From a bacterium (GTDB taxonomy: Bacteria; Zhuqueibacterota; Zhuqueibacteria; Residuimicrobiales; Krinioviventaceae): DNA of 64,000 nt. Positions 37,998 to 48,562 of this stretch are shown piece after piece. Location: NCBI GenBank assembly GCA_963693055.1, contig OY843751.1:3456001-3520000 (forward strand). Reading direction: 5' to 3'. The notes under the pieces are model-generated. The model saw only the letters and a program-made list of their open reading frames with translations, was not told the DNA's origin and did not search any database. How positions within the stretch are numbered: the stretch's first letter is position 1; each line of letters starts with the position of its first letter. The translations under genes were made by a program, and so were the position numbers.

Positions 37998-39056
37998 TTA
38001 ATTATCAATTAATCCCATTTTTTGAGCACGTTCCTGCCATTTCTTTCGGGCAAGTTCCTGCATGTCTGCATTTGTATCATTTTCATCAAGAATCTCTAAT
38101 CCTAACAAGGTCTCGATGATATCTTCCATAGTCACAACACCATTCAAAGCGCCATATTCATCAACTACAAGTGCAATGTGCTCACGTGCATCGATTAAAT
38201 TTTCGAAAAGTACCGGTAGCTCAAGCTTTGTATTAACAGTGATAATTTTTCTTTTAAACTGTTCAAGAGACATAGGACCTTTATTATCTGCAAGATGTTT
38301 TAACACATCATCCTTGAGGATATATCCCGTAATATTGTCCTGTTTTTCCAAAAACACAGGTATGCGTGAAAATTTAACATCTTTGAAATGTTCGTGAAAC
38401 TCTAATACATCCAGATCCTGACTCGCAATACTCAAAACAGTACGAGGTGTCATAATATCACCAGCTGTAATGGCTTTGAAATTCAGCAAGCTTTTAATGA
38501 TTCGGTATTCAGATTCTTGCAGCACACCTTTTTCAGCTCCCAGTTCTGCCATAGCGGCTAGATCCGTGCGACTGAGAACACTCTTGTGAGCATTTTTACC
38601 AATCAACCGGGTTACAAGTTGCGCGGACCAAATAATACCTGTCCATTTTAAAGGGAAAATTAATATCAAAAGTGCTTTTGAAGTAAAATTTGCAAGCTGT
38701 TTCCAATAGGTTGCTCCAATAGTCTTGGGGATAATTTCAGAAACAACCAGGATCAGAAAGGTCATGATTGCAGATACAATGCCCACCATATGATTTCCGG
38801 TACCAAAGGCATTTTCAGATTGAACACCAACAAGGATAGCTCCAACCGTATGAGCTATGGTATTCAAGGTAAGAATTGCGATAAGAGGCTTATCAATATC
38901 TTTCTTCAATGCTTCAAGAGTTAGAGCATAGCTCTTGCCCTCTTGCTTTTTGACATTGATAAATGTAGGGGTGATGCTGAGTAAAACTGCTTCAAAAATT
39001 GAGCATAAAAACGAAAAAAAGATTGCAATAAAAGCATAAAAAACCAAGAGTGCCAT
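37998..39056 (-). CDS. CNNM (DUF21) + CBS-pair membrane protein (CorB/TlyC hemolysin family)
   Basis: FSFLCSIFEAVLLS, AILTLNTIAHTVGA, SEIIPKTIG, DIMTPR, FSRIPV, VVDEYG..GVVTMEDIIE. Confidence 0.93.
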   Translation of the reverse strand: MALLVFYAFIAIFFSFLCSIFEAVLLSITPTFINVKKQEGKSYALTLEALKKDIDKPLIAILTLNTIAHTVGAILVGVQSENAFGTGNHMVGIVSAIMTFLILVVSEIIPKTIGATYWKQLANFTSKALLILIFPLKWTGIIWSAQLVTRLIGKNAHKSVLSRTDLAAMAELGAEKGVLQESEYRIIKSLLNFKAITAGDIMTPRTVLSIASQDLDVLEFHEHFKDVKFSRIPVFLEKQDNITGYILKDDVLKHLADNKGPMSLEQFKRKIITVNTKLELPVLFENLIDAREHIALVVDEYGALNGVVTMEDIIETLLGLEILDENDTNADMQELARKKWQERAQKMGLIDN

Positions 39057-39126
39057 AAACTTTCCACCTGTTAATACCCTGTTATGTACAAAAAGATAAA
39101 AAGATTTATGCTTAATTGCAATCTTT

Positions 39127-39148
39127 TAACCCGCATTGCTGCGGGTTA
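39127..39148. terminator. Hairpin downstream of the PKD-protein array
   Basis: TAACCCGCA-TTGC-TGCGGGTTA; the T-run lies on the plus-strand side, so polarity is uncertain. Confidence 0.55.
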
Positions 39149-39159
39149 TTTTTAATATA

Positions 39160-42100
39160 TTATTTCAACAAAATGCATTTTTGAATTTTGCTATATCCTT
39201 CCGTCACCATCCGGATGAAATACGTTCCTGATGAATGATGGCCCGCCTGCCAGTTGATTGTATACCTGCCGGGGGATTTGTGTTCATCCACAAGCGTTTC
39301 CACCAGGCTGCCGTTGACATTATAAATGCTCAAGGTAACATGCTGTGCTTTAGGTACATCAAAGGTGATATTCGTAGTGGGATTGAACGGATTCGGATAA
39401 CTACCATACAACGCAAAGCTGGTTGGTTGTTCAGACATGCCCGCAATACCGGTCGGGAATTGTACCGAAATATAATCCGTTTTTGACAATTTGGCTATGC
39501 CCCCCGGCCCTGTAACAATCAGCGTTACCGTATAGGTATCCACTTTGGTGTAAACATGCTGCGGGTGTTGATCTGTACTATTATTACCATCACCAAAGTC
39601 CCAGAACCAGGTATTAATGGGACCTTTTGAACTGTCACTAAATTGTATTGTCAAAGGCGCTGGGCCTTCGTTTACATCCGCACAAAATTTTGCAACCGGA
39701 AGAGGTTCAGTTACAATGATAAAAGCCTCTTTTACCATCTGGTCAGCCCCGTCAGGACCACTTGCAGTCAGTGTTACATCAAAAGTATCAACAGATGTAT
39801 ATACATGAACGGGATTTTGATCGGTGCTGGTAAATCCATCTCCAAAATCCCACAACCACGCATCAACCGAGCCAGTTGACTCGTCTGTAAATGTGACAGT
39901 CATAGGATTTTCACCATGGGTGATATCCGCACTAAACGCAGCTACCGGTGATGTATCTGATACATACGCTGTGTAGGTTTTGCTGTCACTCCCCTCTGAA
40001 TTACTTGCAGTCAACGTGACATTATAGGTATCATTTACCGCAAAGGTATGCTCCGGACTCTGTTCAATACTGCTTTCGCCATCTCCAAAATCCCAGTACC
40101 AGTTTTCAATATATCCAGTAGACTGGTCCGTAAACTGTACTGTTAATGGTGCGGCCCCAATTTTAGACTGATGGGTAAAATCTGCTACCGGAGGTACTGT
40201 TGATCCAAGACTCAATATTACTAAATATTGACTCTCCGCACCAATAGCGCCCTCTGCCATGTTTCCGCCAAGGACTATTCGTTCCCCCGCATCAACCGAT
40301 TTGCGATGTAAAGTAAAAAATCCGAGTCCTTCGCTGGAGTTAATGGGTCTATGGGAATGGTAATAATCATTTGAAATCCAGTTCGGCGGTGAGGTTGCGC
40401 GGCTGTCATAAGCGATATAGACATAACTGTGACATTTAAATAAAATTGAACATAATGAATCCAAAGTATTGTTCTTTTCAATGCTTGGTGTTTGCAGCCA
40501 TACTACTTTATAATAATCATCAAATGATGAAGTGAGGTAATAGTTACTATCGATGTAATAGTTATCACCTGCCTGCAGGTAATCTAGATTAAAACGAGTG
40601 GAATCACTAATAATGACTTGTGTAATGGGTTGTTTATCACAAATACGGTAAGCATTGAGAGCAATTGAATCCGGTAATAAATAATTATTTACATTAAAAT
40701 ATTTTAACACGTGACCCGGCTCTTTATCAAACCCAAACCAAAGAGACAACACACCTGCTTCTCCTGTACTTTCATCATCATTTAAAATGGAATACAAAAC
40801 ATTAGAATCGCATACAGATGTTAAATCTTCCCACTCCTGAGTATTTACATTATGCTGGTTTGTAATTGCATTTCCTATTGCGGCTTGTGGTTTAACAGTA
40901 CCGGAACCTTTACCAATTGTAGCAACAGGTGCTGCCCCCAATTCTATACAAAATTTCACAGCGGTTTCAATATCATCACCACTATCAAGATTCAAATTAT
41001 AATAATATGGCAAATCAAGAAACGATTGATAGTTTTCAACATTACTCTCAATTAAAATATTTTCAAATTCCTGCTTTGTGACCGGATTATATCCAAATCT
41101 CATAAAGTCCATCGTATCATTTTGTACAACTTGCCAGGCATCAATTGATATATACGTTAACCCATCTGCCAATTGCACATGCATCAATTGATCACCCAAA
41201 GATTCTTCAAACCCCAGCCAAAGATCACAACCAGTGCCACTATGGTAATACATATCCTCAGAAAATGAAAAAGTCAGGTAACCTTTGCTGCCATAGGGTG
41301 TCAAGTCCTGCCATTGTGTAACCCTATCGAAATCAAAAAGATACTCAGAACCAGGACTCGGTCCAATATTAAATCCAGGTCCATAAGGCTCTAGCTCTTC
41401 GTCTCCCTTGCCAATGATAACTGAGGGAGTCTGATCAAAGTGTAAACTTGTAAAAGAATAATTATATGAAATCTTGGGTCCTCCCATACCTAACTTGTAT
41501 ATATATGGTTGCGTAAATAACTCAGCAAAATCCTCAAGTCCATCATTTTCAAGTATAGATTGCATTTCATCAGTATATACGGTAGTATAAGAAATGCTTT
41601 CTTTGCAGACAGCATCAGGGAGATGATATCCCTGAACCGTAACCGTAATATCTTCATCACCTTGAAGATAAAAGGACAGGCTGTCTCCAACACTTTTAAT
41701 CTGACAAACCCACAAATCCAGTTCAAGAGGTTGTTCCCCTTCTTGGATAGGAGAAAAGATATAATCCGGATAACATTCAATTAATTCATACTTGTCTAAC
41801 GTATTAATCCAGGTATTAGAATTTGTAGAATTTAATTCAATTAGAGTTGACCACCTGTTTTCAATAATGATAGGATTTTCATCCGAAGCATTCTTAGACT
41901 TTATAAAATATGTTAAATTAATGTTACCAACTCTCAAGTTGTTTATGGTCTCAGCTATCCCAGCGGTTGTGGGGCCGGTTATATGCAAACGAAAAGCATA
42001 ACGATATTTGAATTCATCAATATACTCCTCAAGACCTTCCTCAGCAAGAATCTCACGCATTTCATCAATGGACAGTTTCTGATATTCAACAGGTACTTTT

Positions 42101-42228
42101 GCATAATCATCTACATAGTCTTCTTCCGGTGGTTTTTCTGATAAAATAGTTGGATCACCAATTTGCGCAAAACCCAGGCTAATTCCAAAACAATATACTA
42201 CCAGAATTAAAATCTGCCAAAATCTCAT
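39160..42228 (-). CDS. Secreted surface protein: 3x unrecognised repeat domain + beta domain + 3x PKD + T9SS CTD (paralog D)
   Basis: Signal peptide; three WDFGDG PKD motifs; YPNPFNPTTNITF...SSGTYFIRM. Confidence 0.88.
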   Translation of the reverse strand: MRFWQILILVVYCFGISLGFAQIGDPTILSEKPPEEDYVDDYAKVPVEYQKLSIDEMREILAEEGLEEYIDEFKYRYAFRLHITGPTTAGIAETINNLRVGNINLTYFIKSKNASDENPIIIENRWSTLIELNSTNSNTWINTLDKYELIECYPDYIFSPIQEGEQPLELDLWVCQIKSVGDSLSFYLQGDEDITVTVQGYHLPDAVCKESISYTTVYTDEMQSILENDGLEDFAELFTQPYIYKLGMGGPKISYNYSFTSLHFDQTPSVIIGKGDEELEPYGPGFNIGPSPGSEYLFDFDRVTQWQDLTPYGSKGYLTFSFSEDMYYHSGTGCDLWLGFEESLGDQLMHVQLADGLTYISIDAWQVVQNDTMDFMRFGYNPVTKQEFENILIESNVENYQSFLDLPYYYNLNLDSGDDIETAVKFCIELGAAPVATIGKGSGTVKPQAAIGNAITNQHNVNTQEWEDLTSVCDSNVLYSILNDDESTGEAGVLSLWFGFDKEPGHVLKYFNVNNYLLPDSIALNAYRICDKQPITQVIISDSTRFNLDYLQAGDNYYIDSNYYLTSSFDDYYKVVWLQTPSIEKNNTLDSLCSILFKCHSYVYIAYDSRATSPPNWISNDYYHSHRPINSSEGLGFFTLHRKSVDAGERIVLGGNMAEGAIGAESQYLVILSLGSTVPPVADFTHQSKIGAAPLTVQFTDQSTGYIENWYWDFGDGESSIEQSPEHTFAVNDTYNVTLTASNSEGSDSKTYTAYVSDTSPVAAFSADITHGENPMTVTFTDESTGSVDAWLWDFGDGFTSTDQNPVHVYTSVDTFDVTLTASGPDGADQMVKEAFIIVTEPLPVAKFCADVNEGPAPLTIQFSDSSKGPINTWFWDFGDGNNSTDQHPQHVYTKVDTYTVTLIVTGPGGIAKLSKTDYISVQFPTGIAGMSEQPTSFALYGSYPNPFNPTTNITFDVPKAQHVTLSIYNVNGSLVETLVDEHKSPGRYTINWQAGHHSSGTYFIRMVTEGYSKIQKCILLK

Positions 42229-42258
42229 TTATAGTCCTTTTCTATAAAATATTAATCC

Positions 42259-42282
42259 CTGGCCCGTTATACAACGAGCCAG
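42259..42282 (-). repeat. Conserved intergenic hairpin, copy 1
   Basis: Minus strand CTGGCTCGTT-GTAT-AACGGGCCAG with one G-U pair; homologous to 45392-45413 and 48527-48550. Confidence 0.6.
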
Positions 42283-42294
42283 ATAATGATCCGA

Positions 42295-45200
42295 TTATTT
42301 TAACAAAACACATTTCTGAATCTTGAAATATCCCTCCGTCATCATCCTGATGAAATACGTACCGGATGAATGTTGCCCTGCCTGCCAGTTGATCGTGTAT
42401 CTGCCGGGAGATTTATACTCATCCACCAGCGTTTCCACCAAACCTCCATTAATGTTATATACACTCACCGATATATGCTGGACTCTAGGTACATCAAATG
42501 TTATATTTGTTGTCGGGTTAAACGGATTTGGATAATTGCCGTACAATGCAAAAGTCGTCGGTTGTTCAGACAAACCCGCAATACCAGTATCGTAACTCAA
42601 TTTGATATAATCGGTTTTAGATATTCTGGATATTCCTGTTGGTCCGCTGACCCGAAGCGATACAGTAAATGTATCCACCAGAGCGTACTGGTGCATTGGA
42701 TGCTGTCTAGTACTAAAGCTGCCGTCTCCAAAATCCCAAAACCAAAAGTCGATTTCACCAGAGGACGTATCAGAAAACTGGACCGTCAACGGAGCAGTCC
42801 CTTCAGTGACATCAGCAGTAAACCCTACTATGGGTGCTGGTTCAAACACAATGATATAATCTTCTTTTACGATCTGGTCGGATCTGTCAGGACCGAATAC
42901 GATTAGTGTTACATCAAAAGTATCCGCTGTGGTGTATTGATGCACAGGATTCTGTTCCGTACTGGTAGTACCATCTCCAAAATCCCATGACCAGGTATTG
43001 ATTGATCCGGTGGATTCATCCGTAAAGTGGACTGTTAATGGATTCACTCCGCTTGTGGTATCGGCACTGAATTCCGCAATCAGGTTGGAATCCTTTATGT
43101 AAATCGTATCAATTTTGCTGTCTGTGCCCTGCGTACTGCTGACAGTCAGGGTGACATAATACGTATCCGGAAGGACGTATGTATGCCCCGGGTTCTTTTC
43201 AGTACTGCTCTTGCCATCACCGAAATCCCAGTTCCAGCTTTCAATGTATCCCGAGGACTGGTCCATGAACTGAACAGTTATTGGTGCTCTTCCGGTTTCA
43301 GGTTGATAGGTAAAATTTGCCACCGGCGGGCTCTGCTCAATGTCAAATAATAAAATATATGGGAACCTTTCGCCTGCCTCCAGGTAATCTCCCAATACCA
43401 GTTCACCGGGTGTGACATTTATTTTGTAGATCGGAAAATAACTGCTTCTTTCTCCTAAAAACATTTGATCTTGAGTGTAAACCAAACTATTTCTCATCCA
43501 ATCTGGTAAAACCCAGGAATATTTCAAAAACACAACATAAACAGTGCCGGCCCCCTTGACCTTTACAGTGAGTAAAGAATCTGGGGTGCTATCAAGTACA
43601 TTATATGGGGTTTTGAGCCAAACCAGACCTTTTAAACTGTCAGGAATGGATTCAATATAATACGGCCGGTCTGTGTTATACTTGTCACCCTCTTGCAGAT
43701 ATTCTAATTCACAATGCACTGTATCATTAATCGAAATCAGGGGTATAGGCTGTTTTTCAACAACACGATAGGCATTTACATCAATTGCATTCGGTAAATA
43801 ATAACCATCCAGATTTTCATAAAACACATTATAGCCGGGTTGTTCATCAAACCCGAACCAAAGTGAGAGTTTGCTGGCTTTTTGGGAACCTGGAGTATTG
43901 CTGAGTATCGAAAACAATGTATCTGCATTGCATATAGAAGTCAAGTTTTCCCAGTTTTCCATATCAACATTGTGTTGATTGGTTATAGCATCTCCAATGG
44001 CTGCCTGGGGTGAGGTGGTACCAGAACCTTTACCAATAGCTGAAACAGGAGCTATTTCCATACCCATTTTCATTTTCACAGGTTTGTCCGTATCAACTCT
44101 GTTTATGAGCTCAAGATGATACAAATAGGGTTGTTTTAGAGATTGAATATAATGGCCTGCATTATCATCATTCAACATACCTATTAATTCGTTTTGGGAA
44201 ACAGGATCATAACCAGATTCCACAGTTGACGCATAAAGCTGATCTGAAACCAGATGATAGCCACTAATAGAAATACCCGTTAATCCACTACTAAATTGTT
44301 CATGGATTAAATTGCTGCCAAGGGATTCATCGAGTCCTATCCAGAATTGAAAACCAGCAGATGTGTGCATTTGCCAATCCCCACTTAATCCAACATACAT
44401 AGTACTTGAGCCACAATATTGTGTATAATCCTTCCAATAGGTATCTTCTTCATCATTTAAATAAAGAAAACCACTTTCATTGGAACCGATTTCTACTGAC
44501 TCCCACAAACCATCAACATCTATACTTGCTTTACCAATTAAAACCGGGACACTCTGGTTAAAATACAATTTGGTAGTTGAGCCACCAGCATAATCATCCA
44601 TTGGACCAGACATGCTAATACGATATATATGTTTCTGGGTGAATAAATGTTTAAATTCTTCAAGGCCATTTTCAGTTAACAACCGGTCTAAGCCAATATG
44701 ATCAATATCATGATTATTGATTTCTTCCTCGCAATGCGCGTCAGTAATACGATAAGCTTGAATGGTTATAGAGGCACCATCAGGTCTATCAACATAATAC
44801 CCTCTTATCTGATTTCCTACTGATGGAATCTGACACACCCATATATCCAGTTCAATAGGTTCTTCATTCTGCTCAATTGCGCTAAAATCTACATGGATAC
44901 TGTTTTCTAAATAACGATAAGTCTTGGCAATATCCAGCCAGGTGTTTGTATTTGATGCATTAAAAACAAATCCTTCTTTGGAGCCGTTTTGCATAATTGC
45001 TGTTTTCTCATCTGTTGTATTGCCGCACCTGGCTAATATAGGCTGGTAGTAAAGACCCACATATAATCCAACACTTACAAGAGAATCAGGAATAACAGGG
45101 CCGGTAATGCGTATACGATAAGCATTATGATATGTAAATTGATCGGAAAATTCCTGTGCTCCATCACTGGTTAATATTTGATCGAACTCTCTTTTTGTTA

Positions 45201-45360
45201 CTTGTTGATATTCAATAGGAATTTCAAAGTTAAAACGTTCTTCATTCACCTGTTCAACATCATCTTGATTGGACTGGTTTTGAAGATCATTTTCCTGCGC
45301 AAATCCCATTTGGAACATAATTAAACATAAACTAAGTACCACTATCTGCCAAAATCTCAT
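42295..45360 (-). CDS. Secreted surface protein, 3x repeat + 3x PKD + T9SS CTD (paralog C)
   Basis: Same architecture as 39160-42228. Confidence 0.88.
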   Translation of the reverse strand: MRFWQIVVLSLCLIMFQMGFAQENDLQNQSNQDDVEQVNEERFNFEIPIEYQQVTKREFDQILTSDGAQEFSDQFTYHNAYRIRITGPVIPDSLVSVGLYVGLYYQPILARCGNTTDEKTAIMQNGSKEGFVFNASNTNTWLDIAKTYRYLENSIHVDFSAIEQNEEPIELDIWVCQIPSVGNQIRGYYVDRPDGASITIQAYRITDAHCEEEINNHDIDHIGLDRLLTENGLEEFKHLFTQKHIYRISMSGPMDDYAGGSTTKLYFNQSVPVLIGKASIDVDGLWESVEIGSNESGFLYLNDEEDTYWKDYTQYCGSSTMYVGLSGDWQMHTSAGFQFWIGLDESLGSNLIHEQFSSGLTGISISGYHLVSDQLYASTVESGYDPVSQNELIGMLNDDNAGHYIQSLKQPYLYHLELINRVDTDKPVKMKMGMEIAPVSAIGKGSGTTSPQAAIGDAITNQHNVDMENWENLTSICNADTLFSILSNTPGSQKASKLSLWFGFDEQPGYNVFYENLDGYYLPNAIDVNAYRVVEKQPIPLISINDTVHCELEYLQEGDKYNTDRPYYIESIPDSLKGLVWLKTPYNVLDSTPDSLLTVKVKGAGTVYVVFLKYSWVLPDWMRNSLVYTQDQMFLGERSSYFPIYKINVTPGELVLGDYLEAGERFPYILLFDIEQSPPVANFTYQPETGRAPITVQFMDQSSGYIESWNWDFGDGKSSTEKNPGHTYVLPDTYYVTLTVSSTQGTDSKIDTIYIKDSNLIAEFSADTTSGVNPLTVHFTDESTGSINTWSWDFGDGTTSTEQNPVHQYTTADTFDVTLIVFGPDRSDQIVKEDYIIVFEPAPIVGFTADVTEGTAPLTVQFSDTSSGEIDFWFWDFGDGSFSTRQHPMHQYALVDTFTVSLRVSGPTGISRISKTDYIKLSYDTGIAGLSEQPTTFALYGNYPNPFNPTTNITFDVPRVQHISVSVYNINGGLVETLVDEYKSPGRYTINWQAGQHSSGTYFIRMMTEGYFKIQKCVLLK

Positions 45361-45391
45361 TTAAAATCCTTTTCAATAAAATAATAATCCA

Positions 45392-45413
45392 TGGCCCATT
45401 TTTAAACGAGCTA
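45392..45413 (-). repeat. Conserved intergenic hairpin, copy 2 (degenerate)
   Basis: Plus strand TGGCCCATTTTTAAACGAGCTA in a homologous spacer. Confidence 0.45.
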
Positions 45414-45425
45414 AAGTCAATCAGA

Positions 45426-48400
45426 TTATTTCAACAAAATACATTTCTGAATTTTACTATATCCCTCTGTCACCATCCGGATGAAATACGTTCCGGATGA
45501 ATGATGCCCCGCCTGCCAGTTGATCGTGTACCTGCCGGGGGATTTGTGCTCATCTACCAGCGTTTCAACCAGGCTGCCGTTCACATTGTAAATACTCACT
45601 TTGACATGTTGGGCGGCTGGAACATCGAATGTGATATTCGTTGTTGGATTAAAGGGATTGGGATAATTACCGTACAACGCAAAGCTGGTTGGTTGTTCGG
45701 ACAAGCCCGCAATACCGGTCGGGAATTGTACCGAAATATAATCCGTTTTTACTAAATTCGCTGACCCTCCCGGTCCCGTAACCGTCAACGCTACTGTGTA
45801 GGTATCTACTTTTGAGTATACGTGCTGTGGATTTTGATCTGTACTTGAACTTCCGTCACCAAAATCCCATAACCACGAAGTTATAACCCCGGAAGACGTA
45901 TCTGAGAATTGAACGGTTAATGGAACAGATCCTTCTGTTATATCCGCGGTAAACTGCGCTACCGGTACAGGTTCTACAACAACAATATAATCTTCTTTTA
46001 CAACCTGGTCCGACCCACCGGGACCACTTACTGTCAATGATACATCAAAGGAATCAGCAGAGGTGTATACATGCACAGGATGTTGTTCGGTACTGGTAGA
46101 ACCATCGCCAAAATCCCAGCTCCACGTATCAACCATGCCTGGGGATTCATCTGTAAACGAAACAGTCAATGGTTTATCTCCGCTTTTGATATCAGCATGA
46201 AAAGCTGCTACCGGAACTGTATATGTTACAATGACTGTATCGGTTTTGCTGTCAACACCAACCGCATTGCTGATAGTCAGGATAACATGATAGGTATCCG
46301 CAACTGCATAGATATGCTCAGGATTTTGCTCGGTGCTGCTCTCGCCATCGCCAAAATCCCATGCCCAATTTTCTATGAATCCTGTGGACTGGTCCGTAAA
46401 CTGCATGGTCAGGGGTTCCGATCCTGATTTGCGTTGATATTTAAAATCAGCAACCGGTGGCAATCCTTCAGGTATTTCAAACAGCACTACATATGGACAT
46501 CTGTAACTTTCATCTTGGTTACCTCCCAATATCAGCTCACCGGGTGTTACCTCTTTTTTATAGACAGGAAAATAACTACTCGTTTCACTTAGATAAATTT
46601 TATATGACGTTAAAACAAAATCCTTACTCATCCAACCCGGCAAATACCATTCAGGATTAATATAGGCAATATAAACAGTACCACTGGCCTTGATGTTCAC
46701 AGCAAGTAAAGAATCAGAACTGCCATTAAATTCATTGTATGAGGTTTTTAACCAAACCAGACCTTTTAGTTCCTCAGGTATGGATTGAATAGAATACTGC
46801 CGGTCTGTGTAATAATTGTCTCCTTCTTGCAGGTATTCAAATGCATAATTTAATGAATCCTCAACCCCTATCAGGGTTATGGGTTGCTTTTCAACTACAC
46901 GATAGGCATTCACATTGATTATATCTGGTAGAAAATAGCCATCCAGGTTTTCATAAAACAATTCATGACCGGGAGGATCATCAAACCCGAACCAGAGAGA
47001 GAGTTGGCTGGCTTTTTGGGAACCCGAATTATTGCTGAGTATCGTAAACAATGTATCATTATTACAAATGCTTGTCAGATCTTCCCAATTTTCCATGTCT
47101 ACATTGTATTGATTATTAATTGCATCTCCAATGGCTGCCTGAGGTGTTGTATTACCTGAACCTTTACCAATGGCTGAAACAGGTGCCAAGTCCAGACCCA
47201 TTTTCATTTTCACAGGCTTGTCAGTATCTATACCGTTTATGAGTTCAATATTATAGAGATAGGGTTTATCCATGATAGAAATAAAATCACCTGCATCATC
47301 ATCATTCAACATGCTTTTTAACTCGTTTTGGGAAATGGGATCAAAACCAAAATCCATGGTAGACGCATATTGCTGATCTGAAACCAGGTGCCAACCATCG
47401 ATATAAATACGCGTTAATCCATTCCTAAATTGTTCATGGTTCAAATAGCTGCCTAGAGATTCATCCAATCCTATCCAGAATATGAAATTGGGTCGTGAGT
47501 GCGAAATATCATCTTCCACCAAAAGAACATACATAGAGTTTTCGCCACACAATTGTGTAAAATCAGTCCAAATATAATATTCTTCTGTATTGAAATTATA
47601 AAGATCAACAGAACTGGGACCAATTTTTACGTAATCGTGACTGTTGGAATAAATTTTTGTGACTTTGCCAACCAAAACCGGGACATTCTGATTAAAATTC
47701 AACTTTGACAGAGAGCCATATGAATATAGATTGGTTGGACCATTCAAATGAATCCGATAAATATGTTTCTGAGTAAATAAATGTTTAAAATCATCAACAC
47801 CCTCATCAGATAGCAACTGGTCCAAACCAATCCTATCAATATCTTGATTATTAATTGCTACAGAACTGTGCGCATCAATAATGTCATATGCCTGAATGGT
47901 TATAGAAGCACCATTCGCTTCATCATAATAATAACCAACAACACTATCTCTAACTTTTATAGTCTGACACACCCATATGTCAAGCTCAATGGGTTCCTCA
48001 TTTTGAGCAATTGCACTCAAAGTAACGAAAAAATAATCGTCGTTAACGTGATAAGGCTCGAGAATATTTAACCATGTATTGGTATTTGAAGCATCAAAAA
48101 CAAAACCATCATTTTCACAAAATTGTATTTTGGCTGTTTTATTATCTGTGGTATTCTGGCTTTTTCCAATAACAAGTTGGTTAAAAGAACTAAGATTTAA
48201 ACGAAAACGGACGATTGTATCATTATTCACAGGACCGGTTATATGAATACGAAATGCATTATGAAACTCAAATCGATCTGAAAAAGCTTGTGCTCCATCA
48301 TCCGTCAGGATTTGATCAAATTCGCTTTTCGTTAACTGCTTATATTCTATTGGAATATTAAATTTAATAGATTCATCATCAACATTGTCAATATCTTGCT

Positions 48401-48494
48401 GCTCTTTTATTGTATCAAGGTCATTCTCTTTCGCAAAACCCAAACAACATCCAAAGCAAATTACAACCAGAATAAAAATCTGCCAAAACTTCAT
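45426..48494 (-). CDS. Secreted surface protein, 3x repeat + 3x PKD + T9SS CTD (paralog B)
   Basis: Same architecture. Confidence 0.88.
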   Translation of the reverse strand: MKFWQIFILVVICFGCCLGFAKENDLDTIKEQQDIDNVDDESIKFNIPIEYKQLTKSEFDQILTDDGAQAFSDRFEFHNAFRIHITGPVNNDTIVRFRLNLSSFNQLVIGKSQNTTDNKTAKIQFCENDGFVFDASNTNTWLNILEPYHVNDDYFFVTLSAIAQNEEPIELDIWVCQTIKVRDSVVGYYYDEANGASITIQAYDIIDAHSSVAINNQDIDRIGLDQLLSDEGVDDFKHLFTQKHIYRIHLNGPTNLYSYGSLSKLNFNQNVPVLVGKVTKIYSNSHDYVKIGPSSVDLYNFNTEEYYIWTDFTQLCGENSMYVLLVEDDISHSRPNFIFWIGLDESLGSYLNHEQFRNGLTRIYIDGWHLVSDQQYASTMDFGFDPISQNELKSMLNDDDAGDFISIMDKPYLYNIELINGIDTDKPVKMKMGLDLAPVSAIGKGSGNTTPQAAIGDAINNQYNVDMENWEDLTSICNNDTLFTILSNNSGSQKASQLSLWFGFDDPPGHELFYENLDGYFLPDIINVNAYRVVEKQPITLIGVEDSLNYAFEYLQEGDNYYTDRQYSIQSIPEELKGLVWLKTSYNEFNGSSDSLLAVNIKASGTVYIAYINPEWYLPGWMSKDFVLTSYKIYLSETSSYFPVYKKEVTPGELILGGNQDESYRCPYVVLFEIPEGLPPVADFKYQRKSGSEPLTMQFTDQSTGFIENWAWDFGDGESSTEQNPEHIYAVADTYHVILTISNAVGVDSKTDTVIVTYTVPVAAFHADIKSGDKPLTVSFTDESPGMVDTWSWDFGDGSTSTEQHPVHVYTSADSFDVSLTVSGPGGSDQVVKEDYIVVVEPVPVAQFTADITEGSVPLTVQFSDTSSGVITSWLWDFGDGSSSTDQNPQHVYSKVDTYTVALTVTGPGGSANLVKTDYISVQFPTGIAGLSEQPTSFALYGNYPNPFNPTTNITFDVPAAQHVKVSIYNVNGSLVETLVDEHKSPGRYTINWQAGHHSSGTYFIRMVTEGYSKIQKCILLK

Positions 48495-48526
48495 TTCAAC
48501 CCCGTTTCGAAAATAAATATTAATCC

Positions 48527-48550
48527 CTGGCCCGCTTTTAAACGGACCAG
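48527..48550 (-). repeat. Conserved intergenic hairpin, copy 3
   Basis: Minus strand CTGGTCCG-N8-CGGGCCAG with one G-U pair. Confidence 0.6.
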
Positions 48551-48562
48551 AGAATAATCAGA

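Noticed and set aside
37998-39056. True hemolysin toxin
   Set aside because: DUF21-CBS proteins are CorB/CNNM-type Mg2+ homeostasis proteins; ordinary gene
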